Below, piece by piece: positions 19,802-23,314 of a stretch of DNA of 23,314 bases. A model generated the notes under the pieces. The model worked only from the letters and a program-made list of their open reading frames with translations, made no database searches and was not told where the DNA came from. Each line of letters starts with the position of its first letter. Positions within the stretch are counted from its first letter, which is position 1. Position numbers and translations under genes: made by a program. This DNA is from Amoebophrya sp. A120 (taxonomy: Eukaryota > Protista > Dinoflagellata), in NCBI GenBank assembly GCA_905178155.1, contig CAJINV010000040.1, positions 48,228 to 71,541 of the forward strand, read 5' to 3'.

Positions 19802-22068
19802 GTTTTTTCTTCTCTCAGAAAAAAAGAAAAGCGCAACTAGAAGCTTGGCAAAGTGCACACAGATTCTCATGTGTTATGCTGGGCATTGCAGGTTTAGTCA
19901 CGTTCTTTGGAAACAAACTCACTGGCACGTCGAAGATGATTCTGGGTCGGTCTTCAAGTACAAACACTGACTCCTCCCTGTTTTTCCAGCTCTCACAACA
20001 AGGAACTCCGGCTGCGATTAGAACAAAAGGCATTGCACAGTTTAGAACCTTTGTCCTATCAGACAAGAATCAGAATGAGGCGAGCATTAGTAATTGTTGT
20101 TCTTCTTCTACTAGTTCAATGAAATGATGTTGCACAATTCATGACATTAAACTAACACCCTCCAGCACAGGCAGAAGCGACGGACGCGTAGGTCGGGTGC
20201 GGGCGCGGGGCATGTTCCATGCCCAGCATCATCTCCCGGAAAGCGGCAAGACCAGTGGTATCAGGCTGGGGCGGAACTGGAAGGCTTCCCATTGCCCCGA
20301 GGATAGCATCACCTTTGCGCAGAAAACTGGACGGGGTCAGCGCTGCCAAAAGAGCCTGGATTGTGATGATGGTCATTGAATACTTTAGCCATTCAGTATT
20401 TGAGGACATAGCACGGAATGCAGTTTTTCAAGCAAATATCTAAAAAACAAAGCCGCTGTTCACCTTGTCAGAGCGCAATTCTTGAGCCGCAGCAGCGATG
20501 CGATTGTCCAAAGCCAAACCGGTTTCCATGGAAGACATAGCAGAGGCAGCATCAAACGCCGGGAAGTGGTAGCGCACATTCACCTCTGGCAGACTGTGTG
20601 CGACTTCACCAGTAAACTCTGGCTTCTCCGCAGGGAGCCCATNGAAGCCTGCATGGTGGATTGAATAGCAACCGGCGGAACGAAGGGCTCCAAAAAACTT
20701 GACTTGCCCCGCACAATGTGTCCGATTTTGGCGATCTCTGCAGAAAGCATGGCCTGCTTGAGGGACGCATCTGCGGACGCCTCAGCAGACGCCTTACTGG
20801 ACTCAGTTTTGAAAATGGAGGACACTGCCGCGTCAATGGTTGCCTTGTCTTCAGCCGGCGCGTGCAGGACAAACTCATGATCAGCAGTCGGCGCGAGCGA
20901 CGAATAGCCCTGAAGAAAGGAGTGATGCGCCCCTACAATGGTGTGCACTTTGGCAATTTCAGCGTTCAACAGACGCTGCTTGTCTGCCAATCCGGCCGCT
21001 TCAAGCCCCTTTTCATGGGCTTTCTCCACCGCCATGAGGGCATCAATGTCAGCATTGGCTTCAGCAGAAGGCATGGACGGGGGCATCAAGTTCAAGGTGT
21101 AGGGAGTCGCATCCGCGACTTTGCCGGCGATTCCCGACGCCACGCCCGGCGGGACCATCTCCAGCGGGTCGGGGAACATGCGCGATCCATGAGCGCAGAG
21201 CGAGGTCGCTGCGATGACGCGAAGCATGTTTTTTCTTCTCTCAGAAAAAAAGAAAAGCGCAACTAGAAGCTTGGCAAAGTGCACACAGATTCTCATGTGT
21301 TATGCTGGGCATTGCAGGTTTAGTCACGTTCTTTGGAAACAAACTCACTGGCACGTCGAAGATGATTCTGGGTCGGTCTTCAAGTACAAACACTGACTCC
21401 TCCCTGTTTTTCCAGCTCTCACAACAAGGAACTCCGGCTGCGATTAGAACAAAAGGCATTGCACAGTTTAGAACCTTTGTCCTATCAGACAAGAATCAGA
21501 ATGAGGCGAGCATTAGTAATTGTTGTTCTTCTTCTACTAGTTCAATGAAATGATGTTGCACAATTCATGACATTAAACTAACACCCTCCAGCACAGGCAG
21601 AAGCGACGGACGCGTAGGTCGGGTGCGGGCGCGGGGCATGTTCCATGCCCAGCATCATCTCCCGGAAAGCGGCAAGACCAGTGGTATCAGGCTGGGGCGG
21701 AACTGGAAGGCTTCCCATTGCCCCGAGGATAGCATCACCTTTGCGCAGAAAACTGGACGGGGTCAGCGCTGCCAAAAGAGCCTGGATTGTGATGATGGTC
21801 ATTGAATACTTTAGCCATTCAGTATTTGAGGACATAGCACGGAATGCAGTTTTTCAAGCAAATATCTAAAAAACAAAGCCGCTGTTCACCTTGTCAGAGC
21901 GCAATTCTTGAGCCGCAGCAGCGATGCGATTGTCCAAAGCCAAACCGGTTTCCATGGAAGACATAGCAGAGGCAGCATCAAACGCCGGGAAGTGGTAGCG
22001 CACATTCACCTCTGGCAGACTGTGTGCGACTTCACCAGTAAACTCTGGCTTCTCCGCAGGGAGCCCAT
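19218..22068. other. Exact 1425-bp direct duplication (19218-20642 = 20644-22068) separated by a single N; probable scaffold-gap overlap artefact
   Basis: N at 20643. The ORF track shows identical peptides at a 1426-nt offset (19292/20718, 19876/21302, 20152/21578). Each copy truncates a gene exactly at the N. Confidence 0.9.
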
Positions 22069-22150
22069 AATTGCCCGGCGCGGTCGGTGAGTTGAACGCC
22101 GTGAATGCAGCAACTGCACTCACGCACGATGTGAAGATAGCGAACCGCAT
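21578..22150 (-). CDS. Spliced secreted SFL-motif protein (154 aa)
   Basis: Exon 1 is 22150-21890 (MRFAIFTSCVSAVAA...PEVNVRYH...RSDK); a phase-0 intron spans 21889-21782 (AAG|GTGAAC...ATCCAG|GCT); exon 2 is 21781-21578 (ALLAALTPSSFLRK...CAGGC*). Supported by the paralog at 1-447. Confidence 0.87.
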
Positions 22151-22599
22151 TTGAAGAATAAGAGGAAAAAAGGGCACCACAAGCTAAAAGAGTTTTTGGG
22201 TTAGCGCTTGTGAGCAACAAGTTGGATTTTCATCATTTTGGTGCCGCATTTGCGTCGCTCTCAAAGGATGTCAGGCTGCAAACGAATTTGTTGTCTCTTA
22301 CAACCTCTCTCACACAGCGAATTCTCTCAGTGTGAAAATTTTGAGAACCAAAATCAGCGAATTCTCTCTACACAGCGAATACAAGTTTGAGAAGCTAAGG
22401 CAGTCCTTTACCTGGGATGGGCACGGGTGAGGCCAAAACAAGCACGAACACTGCAGCTACTACGAGTATTGCGCGGCCAGTAGCAGCGGTGGCGGCTGGT
22501 GCCGACCAGCGTCCAGATGTCCGTGTAGTTTTATGCGCGGCTTTTAAGATGGGGAGCCGAGCGCGTGTGCACAGCGAACCAAAAACGGGGCGCATGCAG

Positions 22600-23314
22600 C
22601 CTAGGGCACGCACGAAGCCATCTTTTGGCATTGGTCCAAGCGCCACCAGCAAGCAAAAGCATCCAAGTGCATAGATCTCTCACTAGTCCGATTATGTGCA
22701 TCCGCATGCGTCGCGCGATTCTACGCGCACAGGGACTGGCGGAGACAGGCGCTGCCATCATTGACCACAGTCCCCAAAAACGGAAAAAGATCTGGTCGCA
22801 GAAGCGTGGCGAAAACCGTAGCAGTCAAAGACCTGGCCCCACCGGCGGCCGCGCGAAGCATCAGGCACGTAAGGGGACAGACCTGCAGGCTGAGGCAGCG
22901 AATTCTAGTCACATGCGAGCGACGGGGCGCCCGTGCGCGGAAGCCGCGCGTCGCTGCCATCTATGGCCATCCCGCAGCAGAGCTGCAAACAACGCGAGCG
23001 CAACGGCTTGCGAGCAGTGTTTGGAGGCCTGCTCCGTGCCTCTCATAGTTTCAAACTGCCAGCAGCCTCAGCCTGTCTGACGCCGTCGCAACATAGCAGA
23101 AGAATGCTCCGCCCGCACCCGCAGCGCTGGTGGGCACGCCTTTTGCTGAGTGGTAAGACCATTTGGAACGAATAGCGCAAGCGCCACACAGAACAAAAAG
23201 CGTCCAAGTGCATAGATCTTCCACCCGATCAAGCAGCTGGATGAGCATGCGTCGCGCAGTTCTATCAGCGCAGACACTGACCAAGACAGGCACTGCAATC
23301 ATTGACCACGCTCG
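22600..23314. repeat. Diverged monomers of the same satellite family as 800-7285, continuing past the window end
   Basis: AAAAGC(A/G)TCCAAGTGCATAGATCT at about 22645 and about 23196 (about 551 bp apart); GCGTCGCGC...TTCTA and TCATTGACCAC blocks are retained in both. Confidence 0.9.

Noticed and set aside
18662-19840. Long plus-strand ORFs antisense to cluster genes (also 11099-11548, 12598-13161, 16262-16693)
   Set aside because: Antisense shadows of GC-rich coding sequence with no independent protein features.
20580-21296. 238-aa ORF as a second polyprotein gene
   Set aside because: It crosses the N at 20643 and is a chimera produced by the probable assembly duplication.

Overview
Eukaryotic DNA, most likely from an alveolate of the myzozoan lineage (apicomplexan/chrompodellid/perkinsid/dinoflagellate relatives); this is inferred from GT-AG introns and CPW-WPC-type domains. 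The window holds a compact cluster of 13 minus-strand genes at 8599-22150, all encoding signal-peptide-bearing proteins. Three carry CPW-WPC-like domains, two paralogs resemble Plasmodium antigen 41-3, one has a Frizzled-CRD-like Cys domain, and one is another Cys-rich protein. Eleven of the 13 contain S-F-L/I-[Q/K/R/E] motifs, which often separate a recurring 'short beta-strand + amphipathic helix' module. Twelve of the 14 genes in the window share a TGAG[AG]G element 96-189 nt upstream of the ATG. The cluster is flanked on both sides by one satellite family: a dimeric 1091-bp higher-order array at about 800-7285 and diverged monomers from about 22600. The first gene in the window is a diverged, intron-sharing paralog of the last cluster gene, suggesting that the whole cluster+satellite unit is duplicated. 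A 1425-bp exact duplication around a single N at 20643 is probably an assembly artefact. Best hypothesis: a co-regulated, operon-like cluster of protease-matured structural proteins for a crystalloid- or extrusome-like secretory organelle.
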